Shown here piece by piece: positions 9,791 to 19,125 of a DNA stretch of 64,000 nt; within the stretch, counting starts at the first letter, position 1; every line of letters begins with the position of its first letter. The translations under genes were made by a program, and so were the position numbers. The DNA comes from Candidatus Yanofskybacteria bacterium. Its GTDB lineage: Bacteria > Patescibacteriota > Minisyncoccia > 2-02-FULL-40-12 > IGHO2-12-FULL-4. The notes beneath the pieces are model-generated. The model ran no database searches. It worked only from the letters and a program-made list of their open reading frames with translations, and had not been told where the DNA came from. The stretch is from contig JACPNK010000007.1 in NCBI GenBank assembly GCA_016185525.1, positions 23,008 through 87,007 of the forward strand, written 5' to 3'.

Positions 9791-10843
9791 TTAAACCTTG
9801 ATGATTTTTTCCCAAGGCAAACTTGGCTTGCTGAAGTGGCCGTAAGTAGCTGTTTGAGTAAAAATGGGTTTGCGCAGACCCAGCCTTTCAATGATTGCCA
9901 ACGGAGAAAAATCAAATTTTTCTGCGATTACTTTTTTAATTCTCTTCTCGTCGCCTGTTTTATAAGTTTCTACCTCAACCATAAGAGGTTCTTTTTTGCC
10001 TATGGCGTAAGCGATGCTGACCAGGCATTTTTTTGCCAGTTTGTTGGCGACTATGTTTTTGGCGGCAAAGCGGGCCATGTAGGCGGCCGAACGGTCAACC
10101 TTACTTGCGTCTTTTCCGGAAAAACAGCCGCCGCCGTGAGGAATCAGTCCGCCATAAGTGTCAACCATGATTTTTCTGCCGGTAAGACCGGTATCAGCAG
10201 TAAAACCTCCAACGACAAATCTGCCGGTTGGGTTTATCAGTACTTGATAGTTGCCGGAGCCAACTACCGGCTTAATCAATTTTTTTGTGAGCAGTTCCCG
10301 TATCTCTGACAACCCCATCTTTTCGTCGTGCTGGCAAGAAACAACAACCGCACTTACTTTTTTTCCCGCCACAGTAACTTGAGATTTGCCGTCCGGTCTT
10401 AACCACGAAAATTGAGGGTTTTTTCTTCTCAACTCTTCCAAACCCTTTGTGAGTTTGTGCGCCAAAACTACGGGCAAGGGCAGTAATTCGGGGGTTTCGT
10501 CAGTGGCGTAACCATACATAATACCTTGGTCGCCGGCTCCGCCTGTGTCCACCCCCATAGCTATATCGGGTGATTGTTTGTTTACATTTACCACTATTTT
10601 CGGTTTATCTTTGTAGCCGATTTCGTAATATATTTTTTTGACCAAGGAGGGCACGTCTACAGTTCCCTTGCTTGTCACTTCTCCGCCGACAACTATTAGT
10701 CCGCTGGAACCAAAAGTTTCCACGGCGACTCTGCTTTTGGGATCTTGTTCCAAAAATGCATCCAATATGGTATCTGAAATTTGGTCGCAGATTTTGTCCG
10801 GATGGCCGGAGGTAACGCTCTCGGCTGTAAATAATTTAGCCAT
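9791..10843 (-). CDS. metK: S-adenosylmethionine synthetase
   Basis: ESVTSGHPDKICDQISD, GAGDQG, GLTGRKI, GGGCFSGKD. Confidence 0.98.
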   Translation of the reverse strand: MAKLFTAESVTSGHPDKICDQISDTILDAFLEQDPKSRVAVETFGSSGLIVVGGEVTSKGTVDVPSLVKKIYYEIGYKDKPKIVVNVNKQSPDIAMGVDTGGAGDQGIMYGYATDETPELLPLPVVLAHKLTKGLEELRRKNPQFSWLRPDGKSQVTVAGKKVSAVVVSCQHDEKMGLSEIRELLTKKLIKPVVGSGNYQVLINPTGRFVVGGFTADTGLTGRKIMVDTYGGLIPHGGGCFSGKDASKVDRSAAYMARFAAKNIVANKLAKKCLVSIAYAIGKKEPLMVEVETYKTGDEKRIKKVIAEKFDFSPLAIIERLGLRKPIFTQTATYGHFSKPSLPWEKIIKV

Positions 10844-11010
10844 AAAAAAATGTTATCAGATAAACAGTTGCTGTCAACGTGTATTTTTCTTTTTACCCAT
10901 GCTTGAAAATTTTAGGTTGGCCATATGCCTTAATTATGGCTTAAAACCTAGGTTATTCCACAACGTGTGCGTGGATAGTACCGAAGACACTTGACAGGCG
11001 GAGATGATAA

Positions 11011-11319
11011 ATGGTAATGTACACCAAGAGTTATTTGAAAGGAGCAAATATGGGAGTACTGATAGTGGGAATAACGGGCGCAGTTCTGGGTCTATTGGCT
11101 GGAGTAAAGTTCTTGCTCTGGTGGATGGGGAGTGGATATATGCCGGGATATTATTTCTGGGGTGGCGAAGTGTTGTTTTGCCTAACGCTTTTAATACCCT
11201 TGGCCGTTTCCATAATGTTGGGATTCGAGCTGGGCATTTTTGCTGGAAAAATGTTCACTCTTGGCCTTTACTCCTATCTGGATAAGCTGGATAAGGTAAA
11301 AAATACAAAAACCGACTAA
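11011..11319 (+). CDS. Hypothetical membrane protein (true start probably ATG 11050)
   Basis: Hydrophobic ORF; AAGGAG SD before the internal ATG of MGVLIV; TTGACA promoter at 10991; hairpin at the stop. Confidence 0.55.
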   Translation: MVMYTKSYLKGANMGVLIVGITGAVLGLLAGVKFLLWWMGSGYMPGYYFWGGEVLFCLTLLIPLAVSIMLGFELGIFAGKMFTLGLYSYLDKLDKVKNTKTD

Positions 11320-11407
11320 CATCGGTTTTTCTTTTTGCCATCTCTGCTTGAAAGTTTTAAGAAAAAAGCTAATATCTTATCTAGCACATTGAGAAAGGGG
11401 AAAGTAT

Positions 11408-11685
11408 ATGAATTGCGACAATGCCAGAAGTACCTTAAGAAAGATGCATGCACCAGTGACAACCACGATTTTATTGGAGAAAGAGAGGCCGATTACGCCC
11501 TTGAGCATGCTTCTGGATGCGATAATTGTAAAGCTTGGTTTAAGGAAGAATTGTGTGAAAGGTTGAGAGAACAAGCCGAAGGCAACAGTTTGGCAGAAGA
11601 TGTGTTGATGAGCCACGGCATGATGCACGAAATCTTAGATATTGATTGTCCTACTTTTGACGATCTTGGTAATCTTAGAAATTGA
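11408..11685 (+). pseudogene. Frameshifted zf-HC2/ZAS-like zinc-finger protein
   Basis: SD AAGGGG + ATG 11408 gives MNCDNAR; a -1 shift continues as KYLKK...ALEHASGCDNCKAWF (HxxxCxxC). Confidence 0.5.
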
Positions 11686-11696
11686 GGGTGTAACAC

Positions 11697-12095
11697 ATGA
11701 ACGAAGTCTGTCAGAGGTTGTCTATTCAGGATTCTGTTTTGTTGTCAGCGTCCCGCGCAAATTTACCCAAAACTATCAAAGCTGTTATTGAGGAGGGTGT
11801 AGACCCAAATATTAAGAGATTAACTGATGGATATACGCCTCTGTTGTTGGCGGCTTGGGATGGGCTATTGGATAACGTAAGGGTTTTGGTTGAGGCAGGC
11901 GCTGATATTAACGCAGTTAGCAACGAAGGCGGTTCGGCGCTTATGCTTGCGGCGCAAAGGGGCTGGAGAGAGATTGTTGAATATCTGCTTTCTCGTGGTG
12001 CGGACAAAACGCTTGTTGATCTAGAGGGATACACAGCTTTAGGTGCCGCGCAAACAATGGGCCATTTAGAGATAGTCAAGTTGATTAGCCGATAA
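11697..12095 (+). CDS. Ankyrin repeat protein
   Basis: Repeated GYTPLLLAA..G..D.VR.LVEAGADIN / GSALMLAA / GYTAL motifs; GAGGG SD. Confidence 0.93.
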   Translation: MNEVCQRLSIQDSVLLSASRANLPKTIKAVIEEGVDPNIKRLTDGYTPLLLAAWDGLLDNVRVLVEAGADINAVSNEGGSALMLAAQRGWREIVEYLLSRGADKTLVDLEGYTALGAAQTMGHLEIVKLISR

Positions 12096-12127
12096 CATCG
12101 GCTTTTCTTTTTGCCAATTTTTGTGTT

Positions 12128-12997
12128 ATGAAATTTGAAATGGGTGAAAATATTTCTAAAAAAGAATGGGCAATTTTGGGAGGCTTGGTTCTTGTCGCTT
12201 TTCTCTCTTTTTCTTTTGGTAGCAACGATGGTTTACTTCATATTTACTTTTTGGATGTCGGGCAAGGAGACGCGATATTTGTAGAGACTCCGAGCGGCAA
12301 GCAAATTTTGATTGATGGCGGGCCGGACGAAACTATTTTGCAGAGACTAGGCGAGGTGATGCCTTTTTATGACAGGGTTATAGATTTAGTCATCAACACG
12401 CACCCGGATGCCGACCATTTGGCTGGTTTGTTGAGTGTTCTGGAAAGATACAAAGTTCTAGCGATTGCTGAAACAGGAATGGCTTGTGAGACTTCTTTGT
12501 GCGCCGAGTGGAAAAATTTAAAAACTGACGAGGGTGCTGATTTGATTAATCTTGTTCTTGGGCAGGAAATGGAGGCGGGCGGAGCCCGCTTTTTGGTTTT
12601 GCATCCTTTTGAGGATGAAACGGGCAAGACTTTTTCTAAAAGGAACAACGGCGGAATTGTTTTGAAGCTTGTTTTCGGGTCTCAATCGCTTTTACTTACC
12701 GGTGATATTGAAAAGCAGGTTGAGAACAAACTGGTTTCGGCGGGGATAAATATAGATTCAGATTTTTTGAAGATTGCGCATCACGGCAGTAAGACTTCAA
12801 GCACGGAAGAATTCATAAAAAAAGTCAGCCCCTTGGCGGCTTTTATTGAAGTGGGGCGGAATAACAAATACGGACACCCTACGGAAGAAGTTATAAACAG
12901 ACTTGCGGATTTTAAGATTCCGTATTATCGTACAGATATAGACGGGACGGTTGAATTAAGGTTGGATAGGGCTGGCGGTTATAAAGTGATCAAGTAA
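12128..12997 (+). CDS. ComEC-type metallo-beta-lactamase fold hydrolase
   Basis: FLDVGQGDA, ILIDGGP, THPDADH, LLTGD, LKIAHHGS, NKYGHP, RTDIDG. Confidence 0.93.
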   Translation: MKFEMGENISKKEWAILGGLVLVAFLSFSFGSNDGLLHIYFLDVGQGDAIFVETPSGKQILIDGGPDETILQRLGEVMPFYDRVIDLVINTHPDADHLAGLLSVLERYKVLAIAETGMACETSLCAEWKNLKTDEGADLINLVLGQEMEAGGARFLVLHPFEDETGKTFSKRNNGGIVLKLVFGSQSLLLTGDIEKQVENKLVSAGINIDSDFLKIAHHGSKTSSTEEFIKKVSPLAAFIEVGRNNKYGHPTEEVINRLADFKIPYYRTDIDGTVELRLDRAGGYKVIK

Positions 12998-12999
12998 AG

Positions 13000-13068
13000 T
13001 TGGTCATTTGAACATTAGACATTGGGGTTTCTTTAGAATAATTAGGTCAATTAGAATAATTAGAAATT
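13000..13068. repeat. Half copy of the 9-mer (AATAATTAG) fold-back element
   Basis: 13000-13065 is the reverse complement of 21198-21263 with one mismatch. Confidence 0.85.
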
Positions 13069-13076
13069 AAAATTTT

Positions 13077-13589
13077 ATGTCTGATCAACTGCAACGAACC
13101 TTAGTCTTGCTAAAACCCGACACGATAAATCGGGGGATTGTTGGTGAGATTTTACAGAAATTTGAGAGAGTTGGCGCGAAAATGATCGGTCTCAAGCTTA
13201 TACAATGCGATGAAAAAACTGCTATGTGTCATTATGGCGAAGATGTTGTCCGCAGGCGCGGAGAGCATATCAGAAAGCTGATGGTTGAGATGCTCACAAC
13301 GAGCCCGGTTGTTGCTGTCGTTTTTGAAGGCGTAGAGATAGTTGAGGTGGTGCGCAAGCTTGTGGGCGAAACGGAACCTAAAAAAGCCGCGCCCGGCACA
13401 ATTCGGGGCGACTATGCCCATGTTTCTTATGCTTACTCTGACGCCAAAAAAATCGGCGTATTTAACTTAATACATGCTTCGGCCAATCCGGAAGAAGCGA
13501 AAGCAGAAATTGATGTTTGGTTTAAACCGGAAGAACTGGTGAACCACAAGCCTTTATATACAAAGTATGTTTTAAGAGAAGATGACTGA
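13077..13589 (+). CDS. ndk: Nucleoside diphosphate kinase
   Basis: RTLVLLKPD, PGTIRGDY, NLIHAS. Confidence 0.96.
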   Translation: MSDQLQRTLVLLKPDTINRGIVGEILQKFERVGAKMIGLKLIQCDEKTAMCHYGEDVVRRRGEHIRKLMVEMLTTSPVVAVVFEGVEIVEVVRKLVGETEPKKAAPGTIRGDYAHVSYAYSDAKKIGVFNLIHASANPEEAKAEIDVWFKPEELVNHKPLYTKYVLREDD

Positions 13590-14109
13590 CGTTGGACGTC
13601 CGGAAAAAGCAACAGTCATCAGATCAACCAACAAGAACTTGCAAAAACTTGATCCAAAACTGCATATCGTGGCGGCGACTGCAATTATTGTAAAAGATAA
13701 TAAATTTTTGATTGCAAAAAGAGCGTCTTGGGAAAAAGCCTTTCCTGACAAGTGGACAGTCCCGGGCGGAAAGTTGAAGTTTGGCGAATATAAACTGGAA
13801 AGAGTCGCTTCCGGTTTTCCACAGCAGTATAATGTCGTGGATTGGCTGGTTCGCAAGGAAGTTAAAGAAGAAGTCGGTTTGGAAATAAAAAAGCCAAGCT
13901 ATCTTTGCGACTTGGTTTTTATCCGGCCGGACGGCTTTCCGGTGGTTACCCTTTCTTACTGGGCTCATTACAAAAGCGGCAAAGTCAAGCTTTCAAAAGA
14001 AATGACTGACCATGCTTGGGTTAATCTTAAAGAGGCCAAAAAATACGATCTGATTGACGGTATTTGGGATGAATTAAAAATGGTTGATAGTATTTTGAAG
14101 AAGAGTTAA
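13582..14109 (+). CDS. NUDIX hydrolase
   Basis: WTVPGGK...RKEVKEEVGL Nudix box with an insertion. Confidence 0.9.
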   Translation: MTDVGRPEKATVIRSTNKNLQKLDPKLHIVAATAIIVKDNKFLIAKRASWEKAFPDKWTVPGGKLKFGEYKLERVASGFPQQYNVVDWLVRKEVKEEVGLEIKKPSYLCDLVFIRPDGFPVVTLSYWAHYKSGKVKLSKEMTDHAWVNLKEAKKYDLIDGIWDELKMVDSILKKS

Positions 14110-14118
14110 AATATTATC

Positions 14119-14286
14119 GGAGGCTGGACTGGTTTGAGGTGAAGATTTAGGACATTTAATTTTTCCAGGGAGTCTTTATAGAATTTCTTTAATGAAATTT
14201 CATTGTTTGGAATTTCTGATAGGAAGTTTTGCGGACACCCACTTAATTTTAGCTAAATTCTTAACCTCTGACCGGTTTCAGCCTTC
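14119..14286 (+). ncRNA. ssrS: Probable 6S RNA
   Basis: 168-nt rod: GGAGGCTGGACTGGTTTGAGGT..GATTTAG pairs with CTAAATTC..ACCTCTGACCGGTTTCAGCCTTC using G-U pairs on the + strand; central unpaired region; terminator follows. Confidence 0.6.
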
Positions 14287-14290
14287 AATT

Positions 14291-14318
14291 AAAAATCCCC
14301 CATTGGGGGATTTTTTTT
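14291..14318. terminator. Bidirectional intrinsic terminator
   Basis: AAAAATCCCCC-ATT-GGGGGATTTTTTTT between convergent units. Confidence 0.8.
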
Positions 14319-14330
14319 GTAATCTTTGCT

Positions 14331-15428
14331 TTAGACTTCGTCAAATAAAAATGGCGGTCTAAAAAAATGGTCAGCAAGCAGTTCTTTGTAGATTCCCGAG
14401 TCTTTCAGCCAGAGGACAGCCGCAACTGAAGAAAGTAGGGCGTTGCCGTCTTGAGGGGTGAAACAGCGGCCGACAACTTCGTGGCCTCCGGAGATAACCT
14501 CAATTGATGGCAGACAGACCACTGTTTGGTTTAGGATTCTTCCGTAATTTCCACGGTCTCTACCTCCAGAAAAAATTTGGTTGTTGGTGTTTCGGTAGGT
14601 GACAGCTGTTAAGGGGTTGTTGCGGAATCTTTTTTCCACTTCTTCTTTCGTAACAAAACTTTTTGTCATGATAGAAAAATATACCGTATGCATATATGAG
14701 TTATTGAGAATGTCGGCTGCCGTGTGAATGTCCAAATTTATGTCGCCCAAAGTTCTTAAAACTCGAATGGCATCTACTGCTTGGTGCGAGCCGTAACCCG
14801 TGTCTGTCGGTTCTCCCACCTCTACTCCGACGGTGGACTCTGACTGTGAGACATCGCTTGCCCGTCTTCCAAGATAGAATCGCGCTCTGATTAAGTTATC
14901 ATAGTTAAATTTCCCCATGTTTTCTGGGTCTAGAGCCAAAGTTTTCAGCAAGACTAAGACTTGATGAGTATTACAGCTTACAACCTGCAGAAACCGATCT
15001 CTACCCGGTTCTAAAGCCGAGTCATTTATATTCAGAGCGTACGGCTTGCCGAATCCCTTTTCTGATCCTTGGGCGATAAAGCCTAGTTTTCTGGCGGTTT
15101 TTTCATAATATTTTCTTTTAAATTCTCTAGCTATGCCTTTGTCGGTGCAGTCAACAATAATGTCGGCTCGGTTAAGGGCTTGAGTGAAAGTGTAGTCCGG
15201 TTCCAAACAGTATCCTTCAAGAAGCTTTTTAAAATTATCCAAGCTTTCAGATGGGACTGCTAGCTTGGCTCCTTCGTGGATAAAATCAACTATAAAACCG
15301 CGGTCTTTTAGTAACGGTAAGTGTTTGTGAAAAATAATCTCATCAATGCCAAGAGCCTTTTTTACAGTTAAAAAAAGCTTTATTAAAGGCTGTCCAATGG
15401 TGCCTGTACCAACCACCAAAATTCTCAT
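14331..15428 (-). CDS. Archaeal-type (class II) GAPDH-like NAD(P)-dependent dehydrogenase
   Basis: VVGTGTIG Rossmann motif, IVDCT, QGSEK, VVSCNTH, GRRASD, GSHQAVDA, YMHT align by eye with archaeal GAPDH motifs. Confidence 0.7.
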   Translation of the reverse strand: MRILVVGTGTIGQPLIKLFLTVKKALGIDEIIFHKHLPLLKDRGFIVDFIHEGAKLAVPSESLDNFKKLLEGYCLEPDYTFTQALNRADIIVDCTDKGIAREFKRKYYEKTARKLGFIAQGSEKGFGKPYALNINDSALEPGRDRFLQVVSCNTHQVLVLLKTLALDPENMGKFNYDNLIRARFYLGRRASDVSQSESTVGVEVGEPTDTGYGSHQAVDAIRVLRTLGDINLDIHTAADILNNSYMHTVYFSIMTKSFVTKEEVEKRFRNNPLTAVTYRNTNNQIFSGGRDRGNYGRILNQTVVCLPSIEVISGGHEVVGRCFTPQDGNALLSSVAAVLWLKDSGIYKELLADHFFRPPFLFDEV

Positions 15429-15612
15429 TTTAACTCCCTCAAGTTTTTTTAAAGATCTTTATACCGAAAATATTAGACTTTTTGATGTTTAAGTACAAGA
15501 GCGCTCACTATTGACTTTTTGTGGGCAAAGTATTATAATTAATAGAATAACTAGCCTTTACTTTTGCTTAGCATTGCGCTAACTTAGTAGATTAGTAAAT
15601 TAACCTTAAATT

Positions 15613-18075
15613 ATGCAGAAATACCCGATAAGTAATAAAAAGCTTTTATTTTCAAGTCTGATTATCTTATCTCTCATATTTTCTCTTTTGCCTCTCAATG
15701 GTGATTTTAGTGTTCAGAGTGTTCGAGCAGATGGCCCGAGATGCTTTTTGAACTGGGCTGCGCCTACCCTAAATGATGGCAGAGGAGTGAGAAGAATTGG
15801 TGAACCGTCAAATGTGGCCATTGAATTTCTGGGTTTCAGCCCGAATGAAACAGTGGTGCTTAAGAATACTAATTTAAACAACGGCGACACTCGTTCCGCA
15901 CCGATAACTGTAGATGACTACGGCAATTTTTATGTTTATGACCAGACTCCCATTCGTGCCGATGAGTACAAGCCGGGAACTTACAAAACAGAAGTTGTTG
16001 ACGCTTGGCACCGTGTTTTAGCTACTTGCGATAGAAGTTTTGTGATTTTGTCTAACACCACCACCACAACCGTGCCGTCTACTACAACTACGACTGTTCC
16101 TCCGACTACCACGACTACCGTTGTACCAACCACGACTACTACCACAACCATTTCTCCGACAACGACAACTGCCGCTCCAACTACCACAACGACTGTCGCT
16201 CCTACAACCACTACTACCACCACTGTTGCGCCGAGATCAGTCAATATAATTTTACCGGGAAATAATATTGAAACTTGGGAACAAGGTGAAACTTATCCTA
16301 TTCTTTGGCAATCTACGGGCGGGATAAGCGGGATTCACATAAGATTTAACCTGTATGGCGGTGCGATTTTTGATGTGTTGTTAAATAATAATCCAGGAAC
16401 TTATGATTTTACCGTGCCTTATTACTATCCGACAGGTTTAGCTAAAGTTTACGTTATTGACAGAGACAATCCGGACGTTTTCTCGGTAAGGGGAATAAAG
16501 ATTTCAGATTTTTCTTTTTCAACACCCGTTCCGACGCCTACTCAAAATTACTCATCTTTAGATTTAAGAACGTTTAACGTCAGAAATATTTCAAGAGGAC
16601 AATCATCTTTCGGCCAAAGTGTTTCGGTTGAAAGAGGCGATGAGCTGGAGTTTTTCATCAACGTTTCCAACTTTTCTTCGGCTTTAGCAAGAGATGCTTG
16701 GCTTGAAGTAAATCTGCCGTCTTATCTGACGTTTACGCCCAACTCTCTTATTGTCAGAGGAAATCGTCTTTCAAATTCAAGTTTCGGCGGAGTCTTTTTG
16801 GGCAATTTTTACTCCGGAGATCAACAGGATATATTCTTCCGCGCCCGAAGCACTGGCTACCAAAACGGAACAAATCAAATCTATGCCAATCTTTCAGGTT
16901 CTAACTTCGGTTCCAACACCAGAAGTGTGACGGCCTACTTAGACGGTGGTTTTACTCCGACACCTACACCCGGCTATTCTAGTTTTGTTTCTATCAGCAA
17001 GTTAGGCAAGAACATTTCAAAAGGTGATACTAACTGGTTAAAAACAGTTCAAGCTGAACCGGGCGACATCGTACAGTTCTCAATCATGCTTACATCTAAC
17101 GGCGGTGTGACTGCTAGAAATATCTATACCCGCGATTTTCTTGACGGTTTGCTTGAATTTATTCCGGGGTCAGTTGCGATTAACAGCATTTCATCTTCGG
17201 ACTCTCTGATTAACAGCGGCAACGGTCTTTATGTCGGCGATATTTATCCGGGTGATGTGAAATTTGTTAAGTTTCAGGCTCGAGTTGCTCCAGCCGGCAA
17301 CTTTCCAAGAACCAACACCATTATTTCCAACAGAGCCGAAGTCAGGGGGAGCAATATATCAATGCAAAGCGATAACTCGAGCGTGAATGTCTTTAACCGT
17401 TTTACAAGTGCCACACCAGCTCCGACTCCTTCACCAACTAACCCGGTGGTAATACAACAGCTTGTCTATGTAAATTCTAACTTTGTTGACGTTATCAAGC
17501 TTGGAAAAAACTTAACGGCTGGCCAAAAAACAGCCACCAAGCAAATTACTGCCGCTCCCGGTGATGAATTAGAGTTTCAAATCAAAATTACCTCAACCAG
17601 TTCCAGAAAAGTCAGCAAGGTTTTCGTCAAAGACTCTCTTCCTGAACAAATTGATTACATATTCAACTCTAGCCGTATGGAGAATAGTGTTTTGGATACA
17701 GATATTGTCAGGCAGGGTGTAAGCATTGATTCTCTTAAACCTAATGAGAGCAGAGTCATCACCTATCGGGCTAGAGTTCTGCCGGCTGATGAATTTTCCG
17801 ATAGAAAAGGCGAAGACCTTGAGGTTGAAAACTCTGTAACTGTAACCGGTGAAAATATGCCCCAAGCCAGCGATGAGGTTAAGATTTTGATTAATTTACG
17901 GGGAACAAGGAACTTGCTGGGCGGACTTTTGTCTGCCGGCGGTAACTGGCTTCTGCTGATCTTGGCGGTGGCCGTGGCATTGGTTCTGTTTTTCCTCCTT
18001 AGAGAAGAAAAGAAGAGATCAAGAAACGGCTTTGCTTCTCAACCTGTGGCCTTAGACAGATATCAAACAAATTAA
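15613..18075 (+). CDS. Large surface-anchored protein with Thr-rich linker and three DUF11-like Ig repeats
   Basis: Signal peptide; poly-Thr tract; PTPT linkers; three PGD.lEF.I...D.LP..l.y...S repeats; C-terminal TM with basic tail. Confidence 0.85.
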   Translation: MQKYPISNKKLLFSSLIILSLIFSLLPLNGDFSVQSVRADGPRCFLNWAAPTLNDGRGVRRIGEPSNVAIEFLGFSPNETVVLKNTNLNNGDTRSAPITVDDYGNFYVYDQTPIRADEYKPGTYKTEVVDAWHRVLATCDRSFVILSNTTTTTVPSTTTTTVPPTTTTTVVPTTTTTTTISPTTTTAAPTTTTTVAPTTTTTTTVAPRSVNIILPGNNIETWEQGETYPILWQSTGGISGIHIRFNLYGGAIFDVLLNNNPGTYDFTVPYYYPTGLAKVYVIDRDNPDVFSVRGIKISDFSFSTPVPTPTQNYSSLDLRTFNVRNISRGQSSFGQSVSVERGDELEFFINVSNFSSALARDAWLEVNLPSYLTFTPNSLIVRGNRLSNSSFGGVFLGNFYSGDQQDIFFRARSTGYQNGTNQIYANLSGSNFGSNTRSVTAYLDGGFTPTPTPGYSSFVSISKLGKNISKGDTNWLKTVQAEPGDIVQFSIMLTSNGGVTARNIYTRDFLDGLLEFIPGSVAINSISSSDSLINSGNGLYVGDIYPGDVKFVKFQARVAPAGNFPRTNTIISNRAEVRGSNISMQSDNSSVNVFNRFTSATPAPTPSPTNPVVIQQLVYVNSNFVDVIKLGKNLTAGQKTATKQITAAPGDELEFQIKITSTSSRKVSKVFVKDSLPEQIDYIFNSSRMENSVLDTDIVRQGVSIDSLKPNESRVITYRARVLPADEFSDRKGEDLEVENSVTVTGENMPQASDEVKILINLRGTRNLLGGLLSAGGNWLLLILAVAVALVLFFLLREEKKRSRNGFASQPVALDRYQTN

Positions 18076-18076
18076 T

Positions 18077-18114
18077 GTAATCAAAAAGACACCGAACGGT
18101 GTCTTTTTGATTAC
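18077..18114 (+). terminator. Intrinsic terminator
   Basis: GTAATCAAAAAGACACCG-AA-CGGTGTCTTTTTGATTAC. Confidence 0.75.
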
Positions 18115-18172
18115 TTGCTTAATAAGAAAATTAGTGTTACGATTTAGCCAGAAGTTTTACAAAGGGGATAGA

Positions 18173-18730
18173 ATGACAAAGATGTGTCTTTTGAGAGTTT
18201 TGATTATTTCGTTGGTTTTTATTCTGTTGTTCCTTGTCGGGAGTTCGGTGTCAGCCCAAAAAATGACGATGGACCCGGTCTTGCCCGAAGGTTTCAAAGA
18301 CTGGCCCCATAAGTTTGAAAAATCAAAGAAAATCAATGACAAAAGCACTCTTACTTTAAACTTCTACGCCAAAAGAAAAGAAGGAGTGTTAAACCTTTTG
18401 AGGATATGGAGTGTTAACGGCCAACTTGTGCATTCAGTTTTTATGGAAAGCGGTACTGGCTTGAATGGTAACGAGGGTGGGTGGTCGGATCAGTACTGGC
18501 TTGGAGATGCTGGTGGTTACATAAGCTGGAGCTGGGGGGTTAGGTCTGATCCAAAAGACACAATCAAATTTCCGACTAAAGATGAGTTGGATATAATAAT
18601 GAGTATTGTCGTTGGCAACATTAAAAATAAATTTGACTTTGATTTTAACAAGCAATCTAAAGAGTTTGAGTACGATTCGGACTTAAAACGACTTATATTA
18701 GAGACTGTTCAAGAAGAAAAGCCTAAGTAG
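18173..18730 (+). CDS. Hypothetical secreted protein
   Basis: AAGGGG SD before ATG (MTKMCLL...), signal peptide ending SVSA, own promoter and terminator. Confidence 0.7.
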   Translation: MTKMCLLRVLIISLVFILLFLVGSSVSAQKMTMDPVLPEGFKDWPHKFEKSKKINDKSTLTLNFYAKRKEGVLNLLRIWSVNGQLVHSVFMESGTGLNGNEGGWSDQYWLGDAGGYISWSWGVRSDPKDTIKFPTKDELDIIMSIVVGNIKNKFDFDFNKQSKEFEYDSDLKRLILETVQEEKPK

Positions 18731-18765
18731 TTTCACCCGCACTTTAAAGCGGGTTTTGTTTTACT

Positions 18766-18843
18766 TGGTCGGGCCGGCGGGAGTCGAACCCGCTAAAACC
18801 TCACCCACCCCAAGGGTGCGTGCTACCGGTACACCACGGCCCG
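18766..18843 (-). tRNA. tRNA-Pro(GGG)
   Basis: CGGGCCG acceptor stem, CACCC-TTGGGGT-GGGTG anticodon arm, GCGGG-TTCGACT-CCCGC T arm, encoded CCA. Confidence 0.93.
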
Positions 18844-18855
18844 CTAAAATTAAAG

Positions 18856-19047
18856 TTATCGAGTGGCGGCAGTTTTGGTAAGAGATTTTATACAGGAAGT
18901 GCAAATGCGCAATCTTTTGCCTTGGACTTTTGCCCATTGGAGATTCACGTTTTTGCGGTAGCGATTTACCGGATTATAATTACCGCGCAAAAGCTTGCGT
19001 TTATTGGCCATCATTGATTTTTTTCCGCAAGTCGGACAGCGAGTCAT
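18856..19047 (-). CDS. rpmB: 50S ribosomal protein bL28
   Basis: MTRCPTCGK...NVNLQ...RLRICTSCIKS. Confidence 0.92.
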   Translation of the reverse strand: MTRCPTCGKKSMMANKRKLLRGNYNPVNRYRKNVNLQWAKVQGKRLRICTSCIKSLTKTAATR

Positions 19048-19125
19048 AATCTTTACACAATAATCTAAAAGTGATATTTTTTCAAGCGGTTCTTTTATGA
19101 TAGTATTTAGGGAAAATAAAACCAA

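Noticed and set aside
11312-12116. Integron attC sites around the cassette
   Set aside because: The repeats are too short, lack the RYYYAAC...GTTRRRY architecture, and no IntI is in the window.
16056-16230. ACN-rich repeat tract as a non-coding repeat or DGR variable region
   Set aside because: It encodes poly-Thr in frame; no template repeat or reverse transcriptase is present.
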